Positions 49,076 to 62,855 of a DNA stretch of 64,000 nt are shown here, one piece after another. The notes under the pieces are model-generated. The model made no database searches and had not been told where the DNA came from. It saw only the letters and a program-made list of their open reading frames with translations. The number at the start of each line of letters is the position of its first letter. Position 1 is the first letter of the stretch. Made by a program: the position numbers and the translations under genes. The stretch is from Squalus acanthias (taxonomy: Eukaryota), in contig CM059438.1 in the NCBI GenBank assembly GCA_030390025.1, positions 71,052,001 through 71,116,000 of the forward strand. The letters are read 5' to 3'.

Positions 49076-50269
49076 GGTAGCGGGGGGCAACTCGACTTAT
49101 CCCCTCCCCCTCTTATTTATGCCTTCAGCTCCAATGTTTTATCATCTTTACTACCTTAACGACGGTGCCCACTGTATAACAGTTAAATAAAAGCGTTTTA
49201 AGATCTATAAAAGAAAATAAGACACAATGTTTTTTGAAATACACAATATACTACATATAAAGAATAACAAAGAGCTGGCAGTGGATTTGAGGCAGTAATT
49301 CAATCTTGCAGTTCTGGTGACATTTGTAAATCGCCCGAGCTTCACTCTCAAGGTTTATTGCATCCCTAGATCTGCTCAATTGAATTACTGCCCTGTAACT
49401 TGCTGCCAGCCATTTATTTTCCTATATACAGTATTTATTTGCTGCAGATGGGAGGCTACAGCATTACCGCTGTCATAACATCACAAACAGCTTTTAAAAA
49501 CAATTTCAGGAATAAAGTGTGGGGAATAGTATGCAAACTTTTCAGAGCTTAAGTGTTTGCCCCAATTATTAAGACAATCTCCACTGTGAGCGTGTTTCTC
49601 TTTCTCTGCACTTGAATAACCCCAAGCTCCATTAATTTGAGGAGGTTGCCAGTTACTTCTCTCTCTCTTTCTGCCAGAGGCACTGCAGAAGTACGAAAAA
49701 TTAGGTTTATGATTCAATTTGCTTTATTCAGAATGAAGTCACATGGGATTAGAGTAACGAATACAACCTTTCCTGCCCGAACTGAGCACAATGCCCCATG
49801 AACTTAAGCTTGAGTGGACAATAGTGCTGGTATGTGCGGAGGGTACCTTTTCTTCATTTATATAACGCCCTTATCACCTCGTCAAAACCATCTCAAAAGA
49901 AGTGCATGTAGTGATTTGCTTTTTTGTTTGCAGTGCAGTGAGTGTTATGTAGGTAAATGAGGTTATTGAGGTTAAGCTGATTGTGATTCAAGTCGTGTTG
50001 CAACAAGTGATCTCCAGTTATTTTCCCATGAATAAGACATGCAAATTTGAGGCAAGTTAGTGAGAAGCTAACACAAAAAAACCAACTATAATTACTGACT
50101 TCTATAATGGCGTTTCGAATGAATTTTCAAAGTATGACGGCTGGGTATATACAATCTGTAGCCAGTATGTTGTGCCCGTCAGCGTCCCAAACCCACCGGG
50201 CCTGTGAAGTGGCAGTGTACAACCATGTGCCAGCCATCACCCAGCCGGTTAAGATCCTGGCCATAGTTC

Positions 50270-50690
50270 TCCCAATGGCTTGCTGGGAAAGTGTACATCA
50301 TGGCATCAAACTGAGCCATATAGATCAGGAAGGTCCCAGGTTTGACCTTTGACCCGTGCTGAGCTGGGAGGCAACAATTGGCTGCAGTGTTCCTGGGATG
50401 GGGAGGGAGGTAAAACATCAGCCCAGGGTTCGCCACTCATTGCTATCTAGTAATCTATGCTGGAAAGTGTGCGTGTGTGCGCGTGTGGATGTTGGGCGAG
50501 AATTGGATCAGGCTCGACAGTAGTAACAACCCCCCACCCCACCCACCCCGACCTCACACAACCCCAGCTCAAATAGCCCACCAATGCTCACTTCACAGGT
50601 TTACGTGAATCACTGGAGGGCAGCCACCATCTGAGGAACCGTACCCCAGCAAGAATCTGCACTTTCCTGAGAGGAATGGGGGTGGGGTGG
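50270..50690 (+). mobile_element. SINE family A copy
   Basis: ctgagccatatagatcaggaaggtcccaggttt..gctggaaagtgtg..gaaccgtaccccagcaag. Confidence 0.75.
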
Positions 50691-52814
50691 GGCGGGAACA
50701 AAATCTCAGTTGTGACAACCAAAGAAAGCAGTAAGAGGCACCAACCGGATGGCGAGTCCCACTGAGGTCATCCCTCAAGACAGCAATCATAACACTGGCC
50801 AAACTGAGCAATCTGGCCTCCCACTGTGTCAAGACACGGAACTAACTGGGGATGAGTGGGTGGAGATTTAAAAAGAGAAAGAATGAAACATCATTTAGAA
50901 ACAAATAGGAACTCCAGCGTATAAAAAGTGCTTATGCCATAAACTGATACGGGTGATAGTGAATCAGCAGCTCATTTTACACCTCTCCCGATTGATATTT
51001 CCATTCAAATCACTATCGCACAGTCAAGATCTACCCCATAAAGTCCATCAGCAGACGTAGTGGTGTCTAATGATTGTTTTTTGGCTCTTTGCTTTCAACG
51101 TTTATTGTAGTAAGACTGGAACAAGATTTAGTAAATGGCACGGTTAAGGGTTAAAGCTCTGCTTGCTGCTCCAGTAAAAAAAGGATTTCAGCAAAACAAA
51201 GGTCAGATTATCTGTCACCTTGCCATTACAGAAGTGGCCCTCACGCAAGAATCACATAAGGGCACTTGAGGTAGCCAACACGGAATGTTTTTTTAAAACC
51301 AGGATGTTAAAGGTGAGCAGCGGTTGTTACACTGATGTGTCATTCTCTGGTTTCCTGAACTGTGTGTGGGACTGATTCCAGCCCTCAACTATAGGTGTAA
51401 GCCTCTCCAATTGGGTTCTTGGTAAACAGCAGACTACCTGGCAGATGATCATTTCAGACACGGGGGATTTGTACTGAAAGGATAACAAATCAGGATAGGG
51501 TTTTTCTTTCCCTTTTGACTAACGGCCAGTATTTTAATACTATCTCTACATGTTTTGCTCTGCAATACAGATCAGTTACAAGCAACAGGATAGTATAATT
51601 AACATGGACCCAAGTGTAATAACAGTGAGAGTTTTAGATGGATTTACTTTATATTTTCTCATTCTTTACAGTGCCAGGGTACAGATTGTCTGTGACCAAA
51701 GGAACCTGATATATACCACACTTTGAAATGGATTTGGTTTTAATTAAATAGTATCTTTAATTGCTTAATGTAGGTACCTTAATGTTTAATGAATTCCACG
51801 GTCATTGTTTTACTTTTTAATTCGTGACTTATTAATTTTTTATGTGACCATCTTAAAAATGGCCATTTTCTGCAGTTGCCTTGAACTTCGTAGCACAACT
51901 GATGTAAATAGGAGAGCCTGTGGTGAATGTGACTTATTAAATGGATCCCAACGGGGGATAATCTCTCTTTAATGTAGAATATTGAGACATTTCCAAATGC
52001 TGTTCTCTTGCCCAAAACATTCCTCTTCCGAATTTCATCACTCATCGAACTGCAGAAGCATACAGCCCTACCACTTCCATCCTTTAACTTCACAACCCAT
52101 GACAGAGGCATAACATTATTACCATAAGAACCAAACAGGTGGGAACCTATTATACAGTTGTTTTCCAGTGAGTCACCATCATATGATGTAAGCCTGCATG
52201 TCCTCATCATATGATGTAAGCCTGCATGTCCTCATAAAGACAACTGAGTTAATGCGATGCTTCTACTTATAAGGTGAAGAAATGTCCCATCAAGGTCAAC
52301 AGGCGAATGCCATACATTTGTATGATCAGTCTTCGTTTCCAGAGCCTCCAGTTGTTTGGAACATCAGAAACCATTGCATCATGTAGGACACTCTAACTAA
52401 CTAGTTCTGACAAGAAAGGCAAAATCTCTGTTGCTGTTTCCAACAGTGAATATTTCACCAGATACTGTGAAGTAGGATTGTATTCTTGTTCCTCTTTGGA
52501 CAATCCCATCAATTGAAACAGTAGCTAATTCAGCGATAGTGTGGTCATTGCTGTTGGAACATAATTATTTTTGCAGCTACTTAAGTTCTCAATTCTAAAA
52601 AGTCACCCATTACATTTTTTTTAAAAACGTAGATCAATGTAGTGCTTCAAATGTTCCAAATAGTTTTTTTTTTAAATCCTTCAAGTGAAAATCTGAAGAA
52701 AACACTGGGGTTTCAGGCAAATGTAAAATGGATCCATTCACTCAGAATCTTTCATTCACGACCCATCTGGTAGTTGAAAGATAAAAGTGTGACCTTCTAA
52801 TTAGAACAAAAGAA

Positions 52815-53110
52815 AAACTTGCATCGACATAGCATTTCCTCACATCTCTCAGAAGTGTTCCAAACATTTTACAAATAATAAAGTATAGTGAGTTTTGTTA
52901 AGTATATAACTATGACACCCATTTTAAGCACAGTAAGATCTGACAAACGGCTTTGTGATGAATGGCCAGTTGATCTGTGGGGATGTGGTGTTGTTTGAAG
53001 GAGGTATGTTGTCCAGGACACTGGGAATGTCAGTCTAGATTAGGAGCTCAGGTTCTGGAGTGGGGCTTGAACTCAAAGGTAACTTATAATTCAGAGTTAA
53101 GAAGCTCACC
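52815..53110 (-). mobile_element. Degenerate Deu-domain SINE
   Basis: aacttgcatcgacatagc..gcacagtaagatc..tgttgtccaggacactggga..gagtggggcttgaactc. Confidence 0.6.
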
Positions 53111-56100
53111 AACCAATTCAAACTGACAGAAAAAACCCTCCATTTATATAGCACTCTATCACGTCTTCAGATCGTTGCAATGTGCTTTATAAACAGTGGA
53201 TTACTTTTTTGAAGTGCTGGCATTGTTGTTATTTACAAACTCATTTCACTCAGGAGACTTATAATCAGCAGAGAAGAGACTTTCATCCCATCAGTGAGCG
53301 CTGGATCCAAAACTAGGTAACAAAGGAGGAACGACAGTATTCTGACTGGCAGCAGCACCATCAGTGACATTTTAAATAGTTTGTCATTCCAAGACATTAA
53401 AACAACATCTTTGTTGTGTATGACAATCAACCATAGCCATTCCAAAAAGCCTATGGGACTACAATATGTCTCAAACCTATTTCACCAGTGGAGACACGTA
53501 TGCACAGTGTAATCATTAATTTCTGATTCAGTACTGCAACTAAATGCCAAAAAATGAGGGAGATCAAAATAATCTGTACCCACTTATACCGTCAAAAATG
53601 CTCCCTGTGGGGCAGGCAATGGCATATACAGTACATACCAGTTAAAATGCACCTTTTTAATGGGAACATTCACTTCAAAAGGAATTTGCTCAAGCACAAT
53701 TAATTTCCCGGAGACCTTAGAGTGTTTGCTTAATGGGAACAACTGGATACAGGGAACATTTTGCTCACTATGGCAGTGTACCCATTAACATTTTAAATAA
53801 GAGAATTCAAATATGCTTTTCATTCCTTTCAGTGAATATGGGAACTAGTGTAAACATTTTAATCAGCTGCACTGTCTGGCTAGAATTTTATTCAGTTTAA
53901 TGGGCTCGAGATGTTTTCTCAAAATCTATCAGATAGTTACTGTTAAGATTTGGAGAAAGTCACCACATCGATATTGGATAGACAGGGACCTGTCTGCTCT
54001 CCAAGCTGAAGGTAGATTTGCATTGGCAAGAAATTAAGTGTATGGAAACTTCAAAGTAATCACTATCTGAACAAACGCTCCTTTCATTTCACCGTTTACT
54101 ATTTACTGCCTACAAAGACAAAACTGTACAATCAACAAAGTAGAGATATGCACCCAAAATAGTAAGCCTGCATTATATTTGTCTGCCTCTTGTGAAATAT
54201 TTCAGTATTAAGTCTTTGTCATGCACACCTTGAGTTCTGTTTCTTCTAAACTTCTAATCTTCCTCACTAAACCCATCCTCAAGTGTCACAAGTGAAGAGC
54301 AAATCTAACTTGTCTTTCAAACAATTGACCTCGGAGATTAAAATAAAGCTGCCAACAATGCTGCACAATAGGGAGGTATGCTTGAAGAGCCACAAGATCC
54401 TAATGTGTCACCTCTACATCCTTAAGGCACTTGGATTCTGGTAAACATTCCATCTAATGACCCAGTCAAGAGCTGACAAAACTCCACCGCTTACAGGAAT
54501 AATGACGGAGTTTGCATTATACGACACCTCATTCTTTCCTTCCACAACCACTTTCACTGTCTAGGTCTGCAACAATGGGCAAGTCTAGCAAGGAATTCAC
54601 AAGGGTTACATTCCTCATGCCCTCTATTGCATTTGCTTAATGGAAATTGGATACAAAGATCAGATTTTCAATGGGCATCAATGGGATTTAAATTATGTTT
54701 CTTATTTGGTGAATATGGCAACAGAGGTAAACATTTTAATCTATCCCTGCTAAACTGGCTCCTAACTTTGCTTCTCACAAGATTGCAAGATAAATATGGG
54801 TGTAAATCCATTCAGACCATCCTAGATTCTCCATCCAGAAAAATCTACAGTCCCCCACCACAGTATCCTCCTGTGTCTTTAATTATTCCAGCACTGGCAT
54901 AAACCCTATGACCCAAATGGCCCCCTTCTGTCCTGTAATTTCAATGATTCTTTGATTCCAAAGTTTTTGCCAACACCACCATTCCAAATCATTCCGAGTG
55001 TTGATTATTCTTTATGCAAAGAACAATTGTTTGAATTTGCCTTTCACTCATTTAAACCTGTGCCCCTATGTCCTACTGCCATTGTTTAAAGATGTGTGTA
55101 TACACATAAGTAAACACATCTTTGAGATCTCCTCTCAGTAATCTTTCTAGGCTGAGTAGTCCATGTTCCTCCTCTTTTTCCTCATAACTTGAATCCTCTG
55201 ACACTGTGGCTCTTCTCTGGAATGTCTCCCTTGTGTGCCAGTGACTAAAGCTGGATATGTTTCTCATGCGACAGACGCTGGTGTAACTTCTCAGACTACT
55301 GTACCTCATGAAACCCCATCATGTTCCCTGTCCACCAGCACGAGTAATCATACAATTACCAAATCTTCCACCTCTTTTAATACCACTAATTCCTTCATTG
55401 TTCTTCTATAGATCCTGCAACTGTAACATCATTTTCCTCTTACCTGTGGAACTCCAGGTTTTAATTCACTTGTCATATTTCATTCAACAAAAGCAGAAGA
55501 AAAGGAACAGGCTGGCAGGTGAGATTTAGAGAGTGCAAGGTGAGGAAAGACTCATACCAGAGGCATTAAACAATTTGTATCAACTAATGGATCTAATATT
55601 GGCGATTCTGAATCAGGAAGAGGAAGAGGCATGGCCCTGTAATCTTGATTTGCTCTTTCTGATTTCAGTTAGCATATTCAAAGTATCAAATCCCAGCGAA
55701 AAGAACAAAGTACCAATACCAAGATAAGTTAGTGGTTATAGTTGTGGTGAGGGCTAACAGGTATATTATCATAGACAATTGAATTTACTGTTCACTCAAT
55801 GCTTCACTATTCCTGACTATTCACTGAGTCTCCTTCAAGTTGCATTCCAGTACATACTCCGAAACTAACTTAGAGTCCTAAGTATCCCAACCTAGAGATG
55901 TTTCAATTGGAATTGCTGTCAGACAGTAGTGGACTGTGGAAAGAAGCCCTGTTTGTCCATAATTGTAGTCATTATTTTGCCCATGATAACCTTGAGAATT
56001 AAATTATTGAGAAAGAGATAGATGATATTATTCCAGAAAGAATAGAACGTACTACACACCTTACTAAAAATGTAATGAAAGGATGGGTTGGCATATTTTT

Positions 56101-57321
56101 CATACTTGTGTTTGTTGTGAGCAGCAAGAACACCATTCTTCTATAGCCATGGAACAGGAACTTTCTAGAAATTGGCTTATTCTCATTGAACTGTGGCCAT
56201 GAAGTTTGTAAACGTGCCAGGGGATTAGCACATACATTTCAGTGCGCTATGTTCTCAGAGAAACAGGCCCAAATACTTTGAAGGTTTCGAGCGTTGCACA
56301 AACACTTTCTGAGCAGTTGACATCAGTGGCTGTCTTTCATGATGGAATATAAATTCCCTCAGCTCAAATCTTCCACTTTACCTAAGGACAGAACTGAAAT
56401 ATTTAACCATGACTTAGTCCTGGAGAGTCAGTGTATCACAGACCTCTTGAATGTGGCTTTTAAGGGAGGACCATCTTCTTCACTTCTGAGGACAATATTT
56501 AATATCAACAGAAGCATTATGATGTGGCAATATTACCACAGTAATAAGTGATCACAGTGGTAATATCTGGAGTCAGTGAACTCAAACTTAAAAGCCATAT
56601 GCAATGGAAATCATGTTCTACTTTAGGAGGTAAAAGGAGATCCACTAGGTTGATACCCCTTGCTCTACCAGTGCAGAAAAAATGGTGCAATTGATTCATT
56701 GCAAAAGCACTGTGCTGCATGAAAAGTGCTGCAGTATGTTGGGCGGTATTAGTTTCCCTCGTTACTGAGTTAAATGTATCAAGTGAAACTACCCATTCAA
56801 GGGTTTGTGCCTGAAGACTGAGCCCTGATGATATCAGTATCTTCACGCTCAGTGTATCTCTGCTGTATGCACAGGTCCCCTGGTAAGCACCAGCAAGGAG
56901 GGAAACCAGGAAGGAGAGCATTTGATTCACGTTAAAAATGCCAGTCTACTTTCAGCACTCAGCAAGAAGACAATAGCAGAGATCATCAGAATAACCAAAC
57001 AGGGAAACAATTCCTAACAAAGGAAATGGGCACAGGAGGGAGAACTGTTGCAGACAAAGTACGGAGAGTCAGTGTAATAAAGTTAGTAAAAATAGCAATG
57101 TCCATTATTGGCCCAGGATAGTCTGACAGTGGAAATTATTTGGAAGGAAAGTACCAAAATTCTCCGAGTGTGTTTTATCTTGTTACTGATGCATGATTTA
57201 TCAGTCCAGCTCTGCCTTTTGGGCTTGATAAAAGTGGTCAATATCAAACCAAACTTCTGAACCAAGGCTTTGAGCAGCTTATTGGAATCACGCATTATTC
57301 AAGTGCACAAATCACTCCTTG

Positions 57322-58350
57322 CGGACAATTTTGATTTTTCTACTGTAAAACCGGTCATAGCGAATCGGCAGCCCATCTTATATCTCTCCCGATTTTTATT
57401 TCCATTGACTTCATAGAATCTTTTAGAAATTCGGTATAGCCCCGGTTGGGGTGCTAATTTTTGAAAAGTAGAAAAAGTAGCGCCAGGCGCTAATGATTCT
57501 CTCCTGCCGGGAAATTCAGCTTTAGCGCTCCAAGAGGGAAGTGGCGCGCTAAATCAAGCGCTAACCACCTCACTTAGGGTGCTAAAGTCCGAGAGCGGGG
57601 CAGCAGCGGCAAAACGCTGAACAAGTTGGAGCGCATCGCTAACGACATCAGAGGCTGCTTCCCTCGCTTAAAGGGAAGGGCCAATGATGCTTCACAACCT
57701 ACTTGTCGGCAGGTCTGCGTTGCAAGGCGACCCTGCGCAACTGCCATTACAGCCCCGAACACTCACAAAGTGGAGGTCTTGCAGCAATGAAACATCAAAA
57801 ACTTTGAGCAGGCACCAGACTGGTGCAAATAATAAAGGTTGGCCTACCTGAAAACCATTTGCTTTAATTAGCGCTCCCCAAGCGGCCAGCCGAGTTGACA
57901 ACGCCTCCTCTTCCTGTTGTTGTTCACGGCCGGCGATACAACGGGGGGCGGGAGGCAATTTCACATCCGGGGCGATAACGGGGCGCTGCGCATTTTATGA
58001 CGTCATGATCTGCGAGGCGCTGGAAGCCCAGGCGGTAAACCGGCACTGAAGTTCGTGGGCGTTGCTGCATTCGCCGCGCCCAGTTGCTAGCCCCTTAGCG
58101 CCCCGTTAGCGCCCCCCCCAGGCGCTAACGGGAGGCGCTAACCAACTGAATTTCTCCCCCAAAAATTCTTACAGCGCAGAAAGAGTCCATTCGGCCCATC
58201 GTGTCTGTGCCAGCTCTTTGATAGAGCTATCCAATCAGTCCCACCCCCCTTGCTCTTACAGAAACAATGGAAATAAAAATCGGGAGAGATGCAAAACAGG
58301 CTGCCAATTTGATATCACCCGTTTTAAAACTATCGCACAAAGTCAAAATT
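57322..58350. mobile_element. Three-layer nest: palindromic MITE > CR1 tail > GC-rich MITE (about 57423-58160)
   Basis: Outer arms 57322-57412 and 58262-58350 are reverse complements. The CR1 tail (catagaatct..tacagcgcagaaagagtccattcggcccatc) is split by an element bounded by agaaattc / gaatttct(ccccc). Confidence 0.75.
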
Positions 58351-58737
58351 GAATGCCTTGATTTTACGAAGAAATACTTATGTAGCCACTCACCGTCTAC
58401 GGTATGGAGGAGAGGAAATAATTAACAACTATCTTGTTCTGTTAATCGGTGTTACTAGGTTACATGTAGAAACATAAATGTCAAAAAAATTAAAGGATTA
58501 CAGATAATGCAGCAGTATGATTTCATGAAACTGATATCTCATCATTGTATTCATAACCCAATATCAACGTGAACCGCAGTTCTAAAATGACAAAAAAAAC
58601 TTCTAAAACTGGAATTCGGAAATGAAAACACACATTTGTTGCTTCTTTGTACTAATAGTCAGCTAATATTTGACCTGCGACCTTTGCCTTTGTTTCAGTT
58701 AATCCCACAACGGGCTGCATGCATTTAGTGTGTTTGT

Positions 58738-59020
58738 ATTCCCTGATTATAATCGCTCAACCTTTGGTGGCCGTGCCTTCTGTTGCCTAGGCCCTAAACT
58801 CTGGAATTCCCTGCCTAAACCTCTCCGCCTCGCTACCTCTCTTTCCCCCTTTAAGACGCTGCTTACAACCTACCTCTTTGACCAAGCTTTTGGTCACCTG
58901 CCCTAATTTATCCTTATGGTGGATCAGTGTCAATTTTTTTTTGCCTTAAAATACTCCTGTGCCGTGCCTTGGAAGGTTTTACTACGTTAAAGGCGCTATA
59001 TAAATACAAGTTGTTGTTGT
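58738..59020 (+). mobile_element. L2 LINE 3' fragment
   Basis: Near-identical to 14690-14965. Confidence 0.92.
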
Positions 59021-59215
59021 ATGACAACCTTGTTCCTGCTATTTTAGCAGAAGCACAAAGCCATTTAAATTAAACCAGGTTAGTGCGTGTGTCAAAAGAG
59101 CAGACAGAGGGATGGCCTAATGAACGCATTCAGCATTTGGTCTGCTGCTGTCACCAACGGTCAGTTCTAGGCTACGTTTCCCAAGTACAAAAGTACGATT
59201 TGAAATTGTCCTTAC

Positions 59216-59412
59216 CTTTGTTGCAGCTGGGTGGCCAATTATCACCCACCCAGGGCAGTACTGATCATCGTGGTGCGAGACAGTGACGTTATTGGCCCAC
59301 TGATCCATAAACCCGTTGGGTGTGTAGAGACCACAGTCCCGCACGCTGGTCATTTTCTCAAAGTCTTCGCACACGCCGTCGCCATCGTGAAAATAACACC
59401 TGCTTGGTTCAT
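59216..59412 (-). CDS. PAPPA: Pappalysin-1 internal coding exon (197 bp; about human exon 10)
   Basis: Minus strand cag|ATGAACCAAGC...ACAAAG|gtaagg translates (D)[65 protein letters not shown]. This matches recalled human PAPP-A [65 protein letters not shown]. Ends in phase 0. Confidence 0.96.
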
Positions 59413-60579
59413 CTGCCGAAACAAAACAAAAGAAAAAAAAAAACAGTTCAACAAAATAAGGAATCCTATGAATTTCTTTATTTCAGTCCCTGCTGTTTTA
59501 CACACTCCTTTTATTTACAGCTTTTGCTGCAAACCATGAAGGACTTGTTTTCTTTTTGCAAGAATCTATAAATCTGCCTCCCCCAAAAATAAACCTGGGA
59601 AAGAAGGTTATGAAAGTATTACTGGAAACTAAAAATCACAATTAAAATGTTGAAAAAGAAAAAAAAAACCTTTTCACAATGCAAACAAGCTGCCAAAAAT
59701 AAATGAACTCCAGAAATCCTTAACAAAAACAAATTGCCTGCCCATTAGTTTTCAGTTCTTCCTGCTGGCCATACCTCTCAATCTGCAAACTAGGAGAATT
59801 AAGGTCACGCAGCTAAAATCAGGGGCCTGTTACTCTACTGTGCGAATCACCATGAATATTCAAATAATACTGCAATATTATTTATATGCTTTTAATGAAT
59901 TTGATGGGCTGTTCTGGTATCTACAAGTCCAAATGCAAATTTTGAGTTTACGTTCTCACTTTTTTTTCCACCCTTCTCAATCAGAGGAATTAGTAGCTCA
60001 TTGTGTTGTGATGAAATAATTTAATCTTTAAACTATGTACCATCAAAATACAATATGATGTTAATCCCACTGATTGAATGGTGCGAGAAATCAAATTAAG
60101 CATTACAGACTTTCTTGATCCCTGGGGCCTCTCTTTTTATGGTGAAGGAATAAGTCAAATTCTGTTTTTATTACAAAGGATTTCTGGATTTTTACCGCTA
60201 TTTTGGGGATTGTATTCATAACTCTGTCTATCTTTTCCAGAAAAGCTGCAAATCGGTGTCCCCGACTCTTCTAAGAAATCTTTAGACGGACAGTTTTAGA
60301 ATTGTAGAATGTTTTAAAATTCAAGAAGCCTGCTCTGAGGGAGGAACAGAGTGAAAGGATTTGAAATTTAACTGCAAAATCAATCTGCCCCCCGCCATTC
60401 AGCAACTGAGGCTGTGCGATCTGCTCCTTTCTCTCCAGCTTTTAGCCGATTTATGTGTACTAGGAGTAAAACAGCAAACCCACGAGGAAATAATTTCCTT
60501 TTGTTAATGTTGGTGTGAGTTTTCGAGTATGCCTGTTTCAGACTCGCGCATTTGCCCCCCTAAAATGGAAGCAAGTGTA

Positions 60580-61285
60580 CAATAGCAAAATACTGCGGAT
60601 GCTGGAAATCTGAAATAACAACAGAAAACGCTGGAAACACTCAGCAGGCCAGGCAGCATCCGTGGAGAGAGAAACAGAGTTAACGTTTCAGGTCTGTGAC
60701 CCCTTCGCCAGATCAGTGAGGGGTTCTGACGAAGGGTCATCGACCTTTTTTTTAAATTCATTCACGGGATGTGACCGTCGCTGGCAAAGCCAGCATTTAT
60801 TCTCCATCCCTGATTGCCCTTGAGAAGGTGGTGGCGAGCCACCTTCTTGAACTGCTGCAGTCCATCGTAGCAGTTTTTGTTGATACGATAGAGTGGCTTG
60901 CTAGGCCATTTCAGAGGGCAGTTAAGAGTCACCCACATTGCTGTGGGTCTGGAGTCACATATAGGCCAGACCGGGCAAGGACAGCAGATTTCCTTCTCTA
61001 AAGGACATTAGTGAACCAGTTGGGTTTTTACAACAATCCGGTAGTTTCATGGTCACCATTACTGATACTAGTTTTTATATTCCAGATTAATTTAATTAAC
61101 TGAATTTAAATTCCCCAGCTGCCGTGGTGGGATTTGAACTCATGTTTTCAGATTATTAGTCCAGACGTCTGGATTACTGGTCCAGTAATATAACCAATAT
61201 GCTACCGTGACCTGAAACGTTAACTCTGCTTCTCTCTCCACGGATGATGCCTGGCCTGCTGAGTGTTGCCAGCATTTTCTGTTAT
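60580..61285. mobile_element. Head-to-head Penelope-like terminal repeats, one split by a SINE
   Basis: 60580-60712 (-) and 60722-60746 plus 61209-61285 (+) are copies of the terminal repeat at 46197-46297. Confidence 0.85.
60747..61208 (-). mobile_element. SINE family B, full length, flanked by GACCT direct repeat
   Basis: Colinear with 39415-39835. GACCT at 60742-60746 and 61209-61213. Confidence 0.9.
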
Positions 61286-62409
61286 GGAAGAAAGTGTGTC
61301 CCCTCACTGATCTGCTTGATGCAGCGTTGGATGTTACCAAGAGATTTTTCCGCTCACTAAACCCTAAATTCAGTCACCTGCTGTGAAAAGGCGCCCGTGT
61401 GCTAAATATGAACCATTAAAGTCTACTGCATGACAGGAAACAGATTTGCAGGATACAGACTTATCTATGTAACCAGTCATCCTTGTGTTAAACACTCTCG
61501 TTTACCTATTTGTCTCAGTAATAACTCCTATTTATACAATCTGTTTTGAATCGGAGGAGAACTGCAGAGTTCACAAAGTCTACAGCGCTGATGAAAGCCC
61601 CTCATCCTCTCTTCCTGTTTTCAAACCGAACTTGAAGTTGATTTTCATGTGAATGTCATGCAAGCCTTATGCTTAAATTGCTTCCCCTGCTCCTGTGTGC
61701 TTGAGATTTTGTGCCAACACTGATGTGAGTTGAACAAAAATAACGCTCGAGTACAGTAATTGAAAATGTGTGCAAGCAGTTTTTTTTTTAAATTGCCATT
61801 TTATTGCAGCCTTGTATCACTTTCCTCTATTATTGCTCTCACTGGTAGTGTTATATGAGAATACACAAGCTGAGAGCAGTAAATGCTGAACCAGTTAGGT
61901 ATTTGTAAACACTGGAGATTTTTTTAACGACATAAAAGTAATTCTCTAACTGGTCTGAAGGAGCTATTTGAAACTCCAAAAATGTAATTTTGTTTTCTGC
62001 CTTTCAGTGGGTATACCTTGTGTTTTGTTCATGATACCTAGCTATTTCCTTACCCAAGTTTGGTGTACATTTTGTGTCTTTCGAGGTCAATATTTTTTGG
62101 AGTTAGTTTCATGCTGTGGTCTCATTATTACCACTAAGCAAGTTCAATTTCTCCGAGTTCTACAATGCTCAATATGTAGATACCCAAGTGTAGCTATTAT
62201 CATTCTGTCGTCTCAATGATTAAAACTTAGAAAACTTGGATAAGCCATCAGTAGGAACACTGTTGTATAACTGGGTCATCATGTCACGGTTCTTACTAAG
62301 AGTGTGAGAGGACAGTTGCTATATTGTATGTTCGAACATTAATAATAGATGGGTATTTCTGGCATTTTCAACATTAACTGCAATGTAAATAAAAATAAGC
62401 ACTAAATTC

Positions 62410-62855
62410 CCCTGATGGCTCAATTGATGGGTGCCCTGCCCAGTACAGAGCTGAGCCATATAAAGAGGTATGCGCCAGCTTTAATCCCCCAGTCTGTCCT
62501 GAGTTAGGTGATCTCATCTGGGGAGTGGTAAGCCCACTACAATTGGTCTTAGTGCCCTAAATTAGTCAAAGGGAAATATCAATCAAGGATCCTGCTCCTG
62601 ATTGCTGTTATAGGAACATAAGAATTAGGAGCAGGAGTAGGCCATACGGCCCCTTGAGCCTGCTCCAGTGACCCCCTCCTAGAAATTGGGCATGTGTGAG
62701 AGAGGATTGGGTTTGGTGATCATGTCCCACTGTTGAAAACTCCTTTGACGCTCGCTACCTAGGCTCGTGCATGAAGAATGGCGACTTTAGTGAGGGAGCA
62801 GAAGGCAGATGTAGCCTTTGGAACCTCTCGGGAGAAGAGAGAAGAAAATTGGCAG
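62410..62855 (+). mobile_element. SINE family A copy with a short CR1 tail inserted (about 62612-62668)
   Basis: Head cctgatggctcaattg..ctgagccatata, core cactacaattgg..cctgctcctgat. The insert gaacataagaattaggagcaggagtaggcc..gagcctgctcc sits before ccagtgacccc. Confidence 0.78.

Noticed and set aside
52177-52235. 28-bp tandem duplication (catcatatgatgtaagcctgcatgtcct x2)
   Set aside because: Real, but an ordinary slippage-type duplication. The overlapping 143-aa ORF has no recognisable homology.
57423-58160. CpG island or internal promoter
   Set aside because: Bounded by TIR-like ends and nested inside other repeats, so better explained as a young MITE.
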